Source: Eledone cirrhosa (taxonomy: Eukaryota). Taken from it: 64,000 bases of DNA. The DNA lies in contig OZ024742.1 in assembly GCA_964016885.1 (NCBI GenBank), positions 61,442,001 through 61,506,000 on the forward strand. Reading direction: 5' to 3'. The position numbers and the translations under genes are program-made. The notes below the pieces were generated by a model. It searched no databases. It worked only from the letters and a program-made list of their open reading frames with translations, and was not told the origin of the DNA. This document shows positions 1-13,289 of this stretch, one piece after another (within the stretch, counting starts at the first letter, position 1; the number at the start of each line of letters is the position of its first letter).

Positions 1-72
<72 letters not shown>

Positions 73-163
73 AGTGAGTAAAATCGAGGTTGCAGCAGCG
101 ATTAGCATTTTTCGAAATCAATATATATATACATATACTACTATACATCTTTCTCTCTGCCTC

Positions 164-195
<32 letters not shown>

Positions 196-1109
196 GTGTG
201 TGTATGTGTGTGTGTGTGGGGGGGGGGGGGGGTGTATGTGTGTGTGTATATACATATATATGCGTGTGTGTGTGCGTGTACATTGGTTGTGTATAAATAT
301 CATCTTTATATGTATATATATATAAATACATATATATTTATGTAGTAGTGATCACGTCTTCTTATTTTAAATGAAGTATTTCCATTACAATACAGAGAAG
401 ATACCACCTTTACATGTTTATATCTCTTAAAAGTATGAAGAAAAGGAGGAAGGCGAAGGACAGTATGCGTAAGTGCTAATTAAATAATAACTCGAAAATG
501 CGTTGGCGTCCATTGACGAAAACAGTTTCCGGTTAAGAAACGAATACGCAGTGAAGAAACAGTATATTACTGATTCAGTAAAATGCCTTGTTCAGCTTTT
601 TATTCGGTTTATGGTATTTAGTAAGCCAGATTTAATTCTCGGAATAATTAAGACTGATTTAGTAGATTATCAATATTTGAAGTTTCAGCAACATTCTTGT
701 GATTTAAGAATGAAGAAGACATTGAATTTACAAAAGGAAATAATCGATATTTTGTTGATAGAACTAATGACATAAATGTTTCATTTACTACATTGTCTTA
801 TTGATCTTACTGACAATAAACGGTCAAAGTGTAATTTAAAATCTTGTTTAACAACACTCAAAACGTATATAGGTTTTAAATTATTAATTATGTAAAATAC
901 AGTTTATGTGGACTGGCAGAATCGGGAGAGCAACGGACAATATATCTTGTTCAATACGAAGACGGTAAAATAGAAAAGAGTATCGTTAGGAAGTCGGCTG
1001 TCTGTAAGTTCAAATAGCCAGCGAATAAGGAGAAAGTTGGTCCTCACTCTGTATAAATATGTGTATGCATGTAAACATATGTCTGTATATAAATATATAT
1101 ATATATATA

Positions 1110-1640
1110 TATTATGTCAGGTCACCACTTGGTGGTACTGGTAACATGTATCCCAGTACAACCTGTCTCATGGTCGGGTCGTTGGTGACTAAACTGGCAA
1201 CCCCACCAAGGTTTCTTGGTGAGGGGGGTGACTTTGGACATTCTGCAGGACTAAAAACAAAACCTATCAAAGGGCAAAGGAGCTCTTAAGAGTCAATGGC
1301 CATCCAAAATCACCGGGAGAGATGACTCCTTAGCCTTTGTCAAGGCAGAATTCTAGGAGAAGGAAAACTCTGATATAACACCTGCAACCCAGATGGTATC
1401 CAATGATGTTGACTTGTTCTTCTTTTTAGTAAATATCATCTTGGTTAAGAGAGTGAGACTGGCTTTGTGCAGTGCCTTTGCTCACTATAAAAGCTTCATG
1501 GCACAGGCATTGCTTTATATCTGGAGATCGCTCTGCACTTGTCGTCACATGGTACCATGGACCCAGCACTATGTGTCAATAATTGTCACAAGTGTAGTGT
1601 TTGTACCAGAGTTTTCAAGTCGCTGGCTGGACTAAAAAGT
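1110..1640 (+). mobile_element. Probable RTE-type LINE 5' UTR or non-autonomous derivative
   Basis: GC-richer island after a (TA)n tract, with the motif ctaggagaaggaaaactctga that I associate with RTE-clade 5' UTRs; no coding homology seen. Confidence 0.35.
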
Positions 1641-1721
1641 CACACTCGTTCAGCGCATCGGTAGGGGTTCTCCTACATGGATATAAAGTAGTGGCCGTAC
1701 TCGAAAACGAGTTGGCAGCCA

Positions 1722-1771
<50 letters not shown>

Positions 1772-1773
<2 letters not shown>

Positions 1774-3687
1774 TAAAAAATATAAGAAAACCAATAACCA
1801 AGCACTACTTAACATCAACAAACAAGCACACCATATTGTCAAAAGTCTAGAACTTGAAGATAGAACTGAGCCCATGACAACTTGCACGCCCACCTTTAAT
1901 CTTAAGGACCACAAATTAGATTTCCTAGATGAACCCACAATTATATTAATATGCCCTTCTAAGTCAGACATAGGTAAAATTAGCAAGCATATTTTAGATA
2001 GAATAATAATACAATTAAGGAATAAACTAGTTATTAAACTTTGGGACAATACTAGCGACACAATTAAATGGTTTAATAGTATAGATAACAAAAATACCTC
2101 TAACTTTATACAATTCGACATTAATGACTATTACTCCTCCATATCACCCGATATTCTAAACAAGGCACTAGCATTTGCGAAAGCCAACTCTGACTTAACC
2201 GACGACGAAATAAACATTATCCTAGCAGCTAGAAAGACGATAATTAAATTTGAAAATAACTTTTGGGTACGTAAGGATAGAATAGATAACTTTGACATAA
2301 CTATGGGTGCTAATGACTCAGCACAAGTTGCGGATATTGTTGGTATATACATAGCCCACACCTTACATAATAAATTTAGTTACCTTCAAGGCGGAATATA
2401 TAGAGATGACGCTCTCCTATTAGTTAAAAACATGAATAAACAAAACATAGAGCGAACCCGTAAGAGCATTAGAAGAACCCTAGATAGCCTTGGCCTTAAA
2501 ATCACCTACGAATATAGTACCAAAGTAGTTAACTTCCTAGATGCCACCTTCAACCTCAACACCCAAATTACCACACCCTTTCACAAAAACAATGAGAACC
2601 TCACCTACATCCACACTAGCTCTAACCACGCACTATCTATTATAAGGTCCGTGCCACATAGTATATCACTTAGAATATCCCGCCTCTCATCTAACCAACA
2701 AATATTTGATCAACACGCTGAATATTACAACACTGCATTAGAACGGGCTGGCCACACCGACAAACTAAAATACATAGACCGACACAACCATAAAACACAT
2801 AACCATAGACACGCCAAACGCCCCACAAACACCCGCACACACGCACCTAGACCCCCTAATACTAACCACACCACAAATACAACAGCAACATCAAAGCAAA
2901 ACAGAACACGGAGTAGATCTTACATTTGGTATAATCCTATTTTTAACTCTTCTATTAGCTCTAACTTACCTTCCACATTCTACAAAATTATAAAAAAACA
3001 CTTTCCAAATTCACATAAATATAGTAGTATACTTAATACCAAGACAATTAGACTATCATATTCCACTGCACCAAACCTAGACACACACATTAAGATGCTC
3101 AACGCCAAAAAACTCCGTAACAACAACACCCCAATCACTCAACACAATAATACACCTAATACACAACCACCCACTAACAAACAGTATGCACAAAACACAC
3201 TCACACACACATCCCAGCCCACCTATAACTCCACCACTGCCCATAACAGAAATTGTAATTGCCACCTTCCAGAGACTTGTCCATTGAATAACGAATGTTT
3301 GCATTCAAACCTAGTGTACAGGTGCTCGGTTGAGTCGGACAACCAAACCTGGCACTACATAAGCCGCACTGCAAACACCTTCAAAACTCGTTGGTACACG
3401 CATCGTTACGCAATAACGCACCCCCAACACCGTTACGTAACGACTCTCGCCGACAAAATTTGGCACTTAAAAGGGAGTAACCTACAATACACCCTTAAAT
3501 GGACCAAACTCTCACATGCTCCACCATACCGGAGTGGGATGAAAACGTGCCCGTTGTGTAATAATGAGCTCTTCCATATCCTAAGCTCAGGCCACCAACT
3601 CTCAACAACAAAATTGAAGGGTCAATCTTTTGCCAGGATAAACTAAAAGCGAAGTTCTCACACTTCAAACCTTCAACTAAATTTTAA
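1772..3687 (+). pseudogene. PLE polyprotein: reverse transcriptase + GIY-YIG endonuclease; 5'-truncated, frameshift near 3600
   Basis: LKDHK, FIQFDINDYYSSI (motif A), GANDS, YRDD, VNFLD; WYNP; linker CNCHLPETCPLNNEC (CxCx5Cx5C); NLVY...YISRT...FKTRWYTH; CPLC. The C-terminus continues in another frame (LNNKIE...FC...stop 3687). The ORF-track N-terminus 1601-1771 is flank plus (TA)n. Confidence 0.88.
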
Positions 3688-4074
3688 CACTACCTCTCTT
3701 CCTTTTCTACCTTAACTAACAATTCTACACTCCTAAATATAGACTATATATGAAATTTAATACTTTCTTCCTTCATCTATTCTCTGGTAAAACTTTCGGC
3801 TGTCCACTACCAACTGCCACTTAAAATTCTATCTTCCTTCTCTCTCCCTCTACTCATCACAACTTTTAGCACACAACCCTCCTCCCCCTCACTTCTTGTA
3901 ACTTACCTATATTCTATACAAATCCTCTCACACCACCCTATCTCTTTCTCTTTCTCTCCCTACCTCCGTCCCTTTTCTCTCTCTCTCTCCCTCTCTTTTG
4001 CCCCTCTCTCTCTCTCTGTTCCTCTATCTTACACTACTACCCCTTATTTCATTTCATAAGGTCATCTCAACATT

Positions 4075-4175
4075 GTATTTTGAAAATTCGGATGCCACAG
4101 TATCTTTCTTGATTGCCTATTATTACATAGTGTAGCAATAATGGACTGAAATTCTGATGAAACAATTGTTAATAC
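4075..4175 (+). ncRNA. Type-I hammerhead-like motif, U3:A8 core, long stem II, in the PLE 3' end
   Basis: GTATT-TTGAAAA-[~72 nt imperfect hairpin]-GAAA-CAATTG-TT-AATAC; stem I GTATT/AATAC; palindromic stem III. Confidence 0.6.
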
Positions 4176-4250
4176 GTGGATTAAATCCTTTTGTAACTGT
4201 TTACCTTCGTCCTATTTCTCTTTTTTGATATATATATATATATATATATA

Positions 4251-4275
4251 AGGAAGGGCTTATGCCCGAAACGTC
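4251..4275 (+). ncRNA. Truncated hammerhead remnant (PLE end fragment 4251-4368)
   Basis: aggaaGGGCttatGCCC-GAAA-CG-TC; 5' core cut off by (TA)n. Confidence 0.5.
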
Positions 4276-4683
4276 GTCCCCCACCTACCCCCCACTCTCC
4301 TGAGCGTGAAATTAATAAACATTTATTGTACTGCCTCTCTGTTTTGTCCCTGTTCAAATTTTTCCATTATATATATATATATATATCACAGAAAAAAGAG
4401 AATCAGTGTTGCGACGAAAGGAATTTATTGGATATTACAATTGTTTCTCGGGCGACCAGCTCGAGGCACGATCTATGTGGTGATCAAACCTGACTCTGAA
4501 ATCGCGCGGTCCTCGGATACGTCTCGATTCTACGAAGCTATCATTTACTCCGCAAATGATAGTGGAGACAGGGTCCAAGAACACTCCTTCCACTATATTT
4601 ATCATTATAAAGAGGCAATCTGGAATATATATTTAAATGGTATGTCTATTCTTATATACTACCAATAAAGATTCCTACTTCAT

Positions 4684-4805
4684 TGTTTCCGAAGAAGTCG
4701 GTATGATCGAACCCACATATTATGTCTGATAGTATACAGTTCTCTACCTACTATAGATCAGTCAATATATCAATATGATCAACTCTCCGAAACGATCGTA
4801 AAACA
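4684..4805 (+). ncRNA. Type-I hammerhead-like motif, CCGAAGA core, ~93-nt stem II
   Basis: TGTTT-CCGAAGA-[hairpin with tgatc/gatca, catatt/aatatg, ctgat/atcag]-GAAA-CGATCG-TA-AAACA; lies in a (TA)n-flanked element at ~4386-4995. Confidence 0.55.
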
Positions 4806-4994
4806 TTGAAAGAATTTTGTAAAATAAGTTACTTTTGTTAATATTATCATTGTTAAACTAATATCTAAAATGTCTGAAGGATTAACTCAGCGAAACATGG
4901 AACTATTCTCTGTATCTCACTGAAATACTTGCTAACGGATTACATCGTGTTCTAACTATGGTATAGACCCTACCACGAAAGGTAGACTACGATG

Positions 4995-5073
<79 letters not shown>

Positions 5074-5599
5074 AGATCAAAAGCTGGGTAAAAGAGTTCC
5101 TTGTATTTTATTATGCGCATTTCAAAAACAAATATCATCATGAGATGACATTTGCGTTTTCGTCAGATAAAATAGGGAGACATGATATGAAGGTTAAAAA
5201 ACACTTGTGAATAGTGCAGTTTTAAATCAACATATGAAAAGTAATTTAAGATTGATGTGTGATATTGGGGAAAAAATGAGGGGGGAGGTGGAAAGGATGA
5301 AAAAGAGGAGGAGCAGATGAGAGTAAAGAATGGTGGGGGAGGAGTATAATAAGGAAGGATGAGATAGGAGGAGAGATAGGTGATAGAAAGAGAGAGATAG
5401 CCTTTATAACTGAGAAAAATATATTGTTTCACAGAGAGAGGTTAAAAAGACGTTGGACGATAATAAAAATTGATGAAGAGAAAAAAAATTAATGAAGAGA
5501 AAAATTAAGAATAATGTTAAATTAAGGGTTTAATAATATGTGCGATGAAAAGAAATTGTTAATATGTATTAAGAATAATATTAAATTATATATATATAT

Positions 5600-6327
<728 letters not shown>

Positions 6328-6356
6328 ATATTATATATATATATATATGTGTGTGT

Positions 6357-6738
6357 GAATGAAAATAGACCGAGAAACAGGAATGTCCATCATCAGTAGC
6401 CTACTGATTATCATTGGTATTTGTTCGCATTAAAGACTAGATACCTAAAATCAGTGCGAGAGATAACTAAATTAAGTTATCGGGACAGAGGAAAGTAAAC
6501 AAACAACATGGTAGTAATGCAACGTAAAGAGAGGAAAAGAGAGACAAGTCAATGAATCTTGTAGGTTTAAGTCCGACAAATCAAATGACGAGAAGTTTAC
6601 TTTCTTCTGTCCCGATAACTTAATTTAGTTATCGCTCGCACTGATTTTAGGTATCTAGTCTTTAATACGAAGAAATATCAATCATATCAGCAGGCTACTG
6701 ATGATGGACATTCCTGCTTCTCGGTCTATTTTCATTCA
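6357..6738. repeat. Fold-back element (~143-bp arms, ~95-bp spacer) in (TA)n
   Basis: 6357-6500 is the diverged reverse complement of ~6596-6738. Confidence 0.85.
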
Positions 6739-6852
6739 TATGTTCATATTGGCAACAACGCAGCACGCCATTTTTCATTCATATATATATATATTTATAT
6801 ATATATATATATATATATAGTTAAAAGAATAGAGGTGTAACACACAAGTTAT

Positions 6853-7262
6853 TATATATTGGTAAACGGAATAGAAAATGCTGACAAATTGTTTACAGTT
6901 GAAAAATGGTTTAATTAGGAATAAAAGAGTATTAGTAATTGTATGGGTTAGTATTCAGTTGTGGTTTTAAGTTTTTAAGTTTTTAAGTTTTTACCGGTTG
7001 CGCATTTCTAAATGCTTTTCAAAAATAATTTTGAGATAGAGTGTCCGTGTTGTTTGCTCTGATCAGAGCAAACAACACGGACACCCTATCTCAAAATTAT
7101 TTTTGAAAAGCATTTAGAAATGCGCAACCGGTAAAAACTTAAAAACTTAAAAACTTAAAACCACAACTGAATACTAACCCATACAATTACTAATACTCTT
7201 TTATTCCTAATTAAACCATTTTTCAACTGTGAACAATTTGTCACCATTTTCTATTCCGTTTA

Positions 7263-7272
<10 letters not shown>
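6853..7272. repeat. ~420-bp spacerless palindrome (family C)
   Basis: Centre between 7062 and 7063 (gtttgctctga|tcagagcaaac); ~210-bp arms with about 3 mismatches; a further copy at 40612-40805. Confidence 0.92.
7100..7136 (+). ncRNA. Hammerhead-like motif (family C), U3:A8 core and GCAA in place of GAAA
   Basis: TTT-TTGAAAA-GCATT taga AATGC-GCAA-CCGG-TA-AAA; mirror copy at 6989-7025 (-), another at 40645-40681; stem I weak. Confidence 0.45.
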
Positions 7273-7312
<40 letters not shown>

Positions 7313-8566
7313 GGTCCCCTACACCCCGTACCAATGACCAGTGGACAACAACAACCACCCATAGTTTGTGGTCCCTACGGTGGATTGTCCACCGGATCCT
7401 CTACTGGTTAGGAGTCAACAAAACCACGTTTATTGAACCTGAGGATCCCCCCCCCCCAAGAGTGGCCCACACAGGAAGAACAATTATCCCAAGGTACTAA
7501 CCCTATACGCATGAATGAGTGCCCGCAACCGTACATTGTGTGTGTATACTGGGATTACGTGAATGTACACACTCATGTGAACACAACGAAATACTAATAC
7601 TCCAGGTTACATTTGAAAAATGTTCGAGTGTATGCTTAAGAGTATATTTGAATATGCTCTCTTGTATGAGTGCACATGTGTATATAGACATACACGCGCA
7701 TACAGAGGTATAAAAGTGTGGGTAGGTATATATGTATGTACTAAGGGATTCGCCTAAGCTCCAAATCCCCAAAGATATTGCTGTTGATATATATATCACA
7801 CTCTACCTTTGTCTAGTCTAAACAATATCTTTTCCAAACACCCACCTAGTTCTATGTCTGCCTTATACTTGGATTTGGGGTCCTCTGTTGTATATATATA
7901 TGCACTTGTGCGTATATATACACAACATATATATATATATATATACACACCTGTATGGATTTGTGTGTGTAGATGTGTGTATGTGTCTGGGGGGGGGGGT
8001 AGGTGTGCGTGTATGTACAAGTCAACCAACATAAGTCTTTTTATTTCTACAATTTCTAAACTTTCTAAGTATCTGACTCTAACCATAATTTTCAGTATTA
8101 CCACCCCACATTAATTCCTCAATTTGTATGTGTGGATCTGTGTGTGTATATGTGGGGGTGCGTGTGAGTGTATGTGCAAGTCAACCAACATAAGTCTTTT
8201 TATATGTAAATTTTCTAGTATTCTACTCTAAACATAATTTTCAGTAGCACCACTCCACATAAATTCCTCAATTTAAGAATGACGTGTAGTATCGATTCAT
8301 ACTATAAACCTCAATTGAATATATATCTGACCAGGAATGCTTTTTGTGAAAATCAGTCATATGGAACTATTGTCATCTTGCCTGATCGTTTGAACTTTAC
8401 AACACTGCCTCTTTACAACCTGCCTCTAGCATCTACAAACTGACCAATGAGAATTAAGACTATTCCTGCTGACAACATTAAATTATTCCCAACAAGCTCA
8501 TTTGTCCCAAGGCTCTGATACCATCAACACCATAAAAACAGAGCTGGCATATTTAAGAACTGACTA

Positions 8567-8622
8567 ACTGCCTGATGAGGTCATAGCCATTCAATTGCTA
8601 TCATCGAAATATATATAGCAGT
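8567..8622 (+). ncRNA. Type-I hammerhead ribozyme at the end of a PLE-like 3' UTR (~7800-8668)
   Basis: ACTGC-CTGATGA-GGTCATAGC cattcaatt GCTATCATC-GAAA-TATATA-TA-GCAGT, followed by AATAAA. Confidence 0.8.
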
Positions 8623-8671
8623 AAATAAAGGATTATGAATTCATGCAATTGACTTATGTTTCGTCACTATA

Positions 8672-8993
8672 TATAGCACACAACAGACACACAGAAACAA
8701 AATGGCGTAGGACAGAACAAAGGAGAGGCACAAAAACAAAGAAAATAATCCCCAGTCACTGAAGAGGTCACAGAATGTGTGACGAAAGAACTTTGACAAT
8801 ATATATATAAACAACTATCTGGTTGTGGAACCAACCAACCAACCAGAAATTTATAAATTTATTATAATAAATTGAAGTGAAAGCAACTGGTGCGTGTGTT
8901 TCTTATTGGCAACATGACCCTCCCAAAGTATAACAATATCGGTTTCAACACACGATTTCAGATAAAGAATCTTGCTAAACAAATTCAGAAACG

Positions 8994-8995
<2 letters not shown>
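8672..8995 (+). mobile_element. Non-autonomous hammerhead element, family A
   Basis: ~320-bp unit repeated at 23559-24195, 27329-27705, 35602-35895, 49605-49645 and 54280-55025; nearly always abutting (TA)n. Confidence 0.85.
8755..8797 (+). ncRNA. Type-I hammerhead (family A)
   Basis: GTCA-CTGAAGA-g-GTCACA gaatg TGTGAC-GAAA-GAAC-TT-TGAC. Confidence 0.75.
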
Positions 8996-9031
<36 letters not shown>

Positions 9032-9034
<3 letters not shown>

Positions 9035-10208
9035 ACTCCAGGATGATATCATCAAAATCACACCTCTTCATCACCTCTGATGCCACTCCATCTTCTCCAT
9101 GAGCTTTGTCCTCCTTGATCTTCTTCTTGGCTCTCTGAAGCTCCTCTCTGGTGAAGGGCTCTGTCTCAATATCCAGTTCTTCAAACAGCCGCCTGATCTC
9201 CCCAGTGTTCTGGGCTGTGGAGGGCGGCTCTCCTAGTAGGGTCCTAAAATGAACTAGCCATTTCCCTTTCCTATCCTCGGGCCCTGTTCCCTGGATCTGA
9301 ATCGAACACCTTCTCTTCCACCCTACCTTTTTATCATCGTAGTGGACTATTGTATGCGCCTTGCACTGGAGAAACACTAGGACTCTGGCTTTACTGTAAC
9401 ACCAGCTCAGAGCAGGGAGTTAAGGCGAAAAAGATATCGGATGCTGAATTTGCCTACGACATAGTTTTGGTGACAAATACAGTGAAGGAGGCAGAGGATT
9501 TGATGCAGGAAGTTGAGACTGTGTCGATGAGTGTGGGGTTGAGAATGAATGAGACTAAGAGAAAATGTCTGGTAGAAAATGTTGAGAAGCTAGAGGGGAT
9601 TACTAATGTAGGCGGGAAGCCGCTGGAATTAGTTGAGGACTTCCTGTATTTGGGAGCAAATATTAGCAATATGTAAGATGATGTAGTTGAGAGGTAGAGA
9701 AAGGCCTGGGCGGCGTGCTACAGTTTGAGATTGGTGTGGAAGTTGGACCTTCGTGAAGTCCTGAAGATCCGCCTCTTCATTGCTGTAGTGGAGTCTGTGC
9801 TGCTGTACGGGTCTGAGACTTGGACATTGACCAACAAACTCACCCAGATGGTGAATGTGTGCTACACGAGAATGCTGAGGATGACTCTGAACATTAATCA
9901 GTATACACTGTGGATGAAAAACTCAGAGCTGTATAGGAGCCTCCCAAAAGTCAGCTCAAAAGTGACACAGAGGAGACTGAGGTTAGCTGGACATACTTAC
10001 CGAAATCCAGAATTGATACTGCACTGAGTGTTCCTTAAGGAGCCCCTGCATGGACACACTGGAAGAGGAAGACCAAGGTTAAAATATGTTGATGCCCTAA
10101 GGACAGACACTGGTCTGCTGGAGACGCAAGACATGGCAGCGATAATGAGGGACAGAGACCGCTGGAGAGAACTCCTCCAAGGATCTCGGGAATTGTACCC
10201 GCCCTAGG
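9032..10208. mobile_element. Decayed RTE-clade LINE with inverted 5' segment
   Basis: (-) 9032-~9310 encodes the pre-RT linker (EPFTREEL...KAHGEDG). (+) ~9313-10208 encodes PYLFIIVVDY, FAYD (FADD), FLYLG, LLYGSETW, RLRLAGH. Confidence 0.8.
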
Positions 10209-10335
<127 letters not shown>

Positions 10336-10542
10336 TGTGTGATAATTTTGATGAAATTTTAGGTATCTCAAACACGGAAATAGCCGTAAAATAGCCAGAT
10401 ACTATTATGAAAGGGAGGGCAGTCATAACGGCCAGAGAAGAGAGTAAAAAACGAAAAGTATAATGTGCAAAGCATATGAGAAATGATATATATGATATTT
10501 ATATATATATATGTATTATTATCGTTATTAGTCATCATGATG

Positions 10543-11745
10543 AACATCATCATCATCATTATCATCATCGTTTAACGTCCATTTTCCACGCTAGCATGGG
10601 TCTGGACGGGAATTGTCCCACTTGAGGCAAGATTGGTTGTCTTGCTCAGGACTGTCTGGCGGGTTTTCTACGGCTGGATTCCCTTCCTAGCACCAACCAT
10701 GTTTACAGTGTGGACTGGGAGGTTTTTACCGTGTTACCTACACGGCCACATTACAGCGTGGACTGTGTGTTTTTTTGTCGTAACACCTACACGACCTCAT
10801 TTATTTAGGACTGGATGTTGTGGTACCAACATAGCTTTACATCGAAAGGGGTGGTGTAGATGGCGGTGGGGGTAGGGTTAGTGGGACGGGGGTTTATTTT
10901 GGTTAAGAGGTGCCTACTGACTGTAGGTTTCGCTTTGTACTTAGAGAAGGCGGGTCTTCTGTATTACTGTGTAGCGCCAAAGATCTCGGTACAGTGATAT
11001 TCTCTTGGAGAGGTGTAAGTGTGTGAGGTCGGATTTTATCAAGTCGTCCCAGGTTTTTCTGGGTCTGCCTAATCCGTAGCTACCGTCTATTTTGATCGCC
11101 CTGCATTATTTTATACAGCTGTCATCTTTCATGCGCATCACGTGATCATACCAACGTAGTCTTCTCTCGAGTAAACAGCATTTGATCCCTCTTATTCCTA
11201 ATTTCTCACTTAGTTCATTTATGCTTTGGCGTTCACGTATATTACTATTACACATCCAACGGAGCATGCAAGCTTCGTTCCTCTCCAGTCTGCGTAGATC
11301 CTCTGCACACAATGCCCAGGTCTCACTGCCATGTAACTTCGCTGTTCGTATGTAGGCATCATACAGCCTGCCGTTTATTTAGAGAGAAACCTTTAGCGGC
11401 CAATAGTGGTATAAGCTCTCTGAACTTTTTCCATCCCGTTCGGACTCTAGCTACAGTACTTTCGAAGCACCATCCACCTCTGCTGATTTTGTCACCCAGG
11501 TAACGGAAGGTGTCCACTATTTCTATAGAACCATCTGGACAATGGAATGAGCTAGTATTCTGTGGGCATTTGTTGGTACTTATTGCTCCAGAGCACCGGC
11601 CACATATAAAATCTATATTCTTAGTTAGTTTAACTGTGATCCCACTACATCTTTTATGCACCCATACTTTGCATTTGGGACATAAAATGGAGTTTCTACC
11701 TACTCCTTTGCTACACACTGAGCATGGCCATTTCCCCCAGATGGG
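10543..11745 (-). mobile_element. RTE-like LINE 3' fragment with a PHD finger inside the RT C-terminal part and a (GAT)n tail
   Basis: WPCSVC...ILCPKCKVWVHKRC...FICGRC, then FRYLGD, ARVRTGWKKFREL, RRLRWYDHV; (cat)n at 10543-10570. Confidence 0.82.
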
Positions 11746-11791
11746 ACCAGTGCCCTATTCTCCTTCCTATATATATCCATGTTTCTCTTTC

Positions 11792-13020
<1,229 letters not shown>

Positions 13021-13035
13021 TATATATACATATAT

Positions 13036-13142
<107 letters not shown>

Positions 13143-13289
13143 TCAGACACACAGAGACATGGTATGGAGTTTGATTCTCTGTAATGGCTGTTGACCATTT
13201 TGGTCCTTCTTCTATGGTAATTTAACCCATTTGTTAAGCTATTATTCATAGCGATTGACTGTTTAAGCTATTTTCTGTGTGACTTGTTA

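Larger units (their letters stand above)
1772..4228 (+). mobile_element. 5'-truncated Penelope-like retroelement (RT + C-terminal GIY-YIG; Hydra-clade-like) inserted in (TA)n
   Basis: Bounded by (TA)n on both sides; long ORF, then a pyrimidine-rich 3' UTR containing a hammerhead-like motif. Confidence 0.88.

Noticed and set aside
1601-1771. N-terminal part of the 681-aa ORF
   Set aside because: Read-through of flank and (TA)n; PLE homology starts at ~1772
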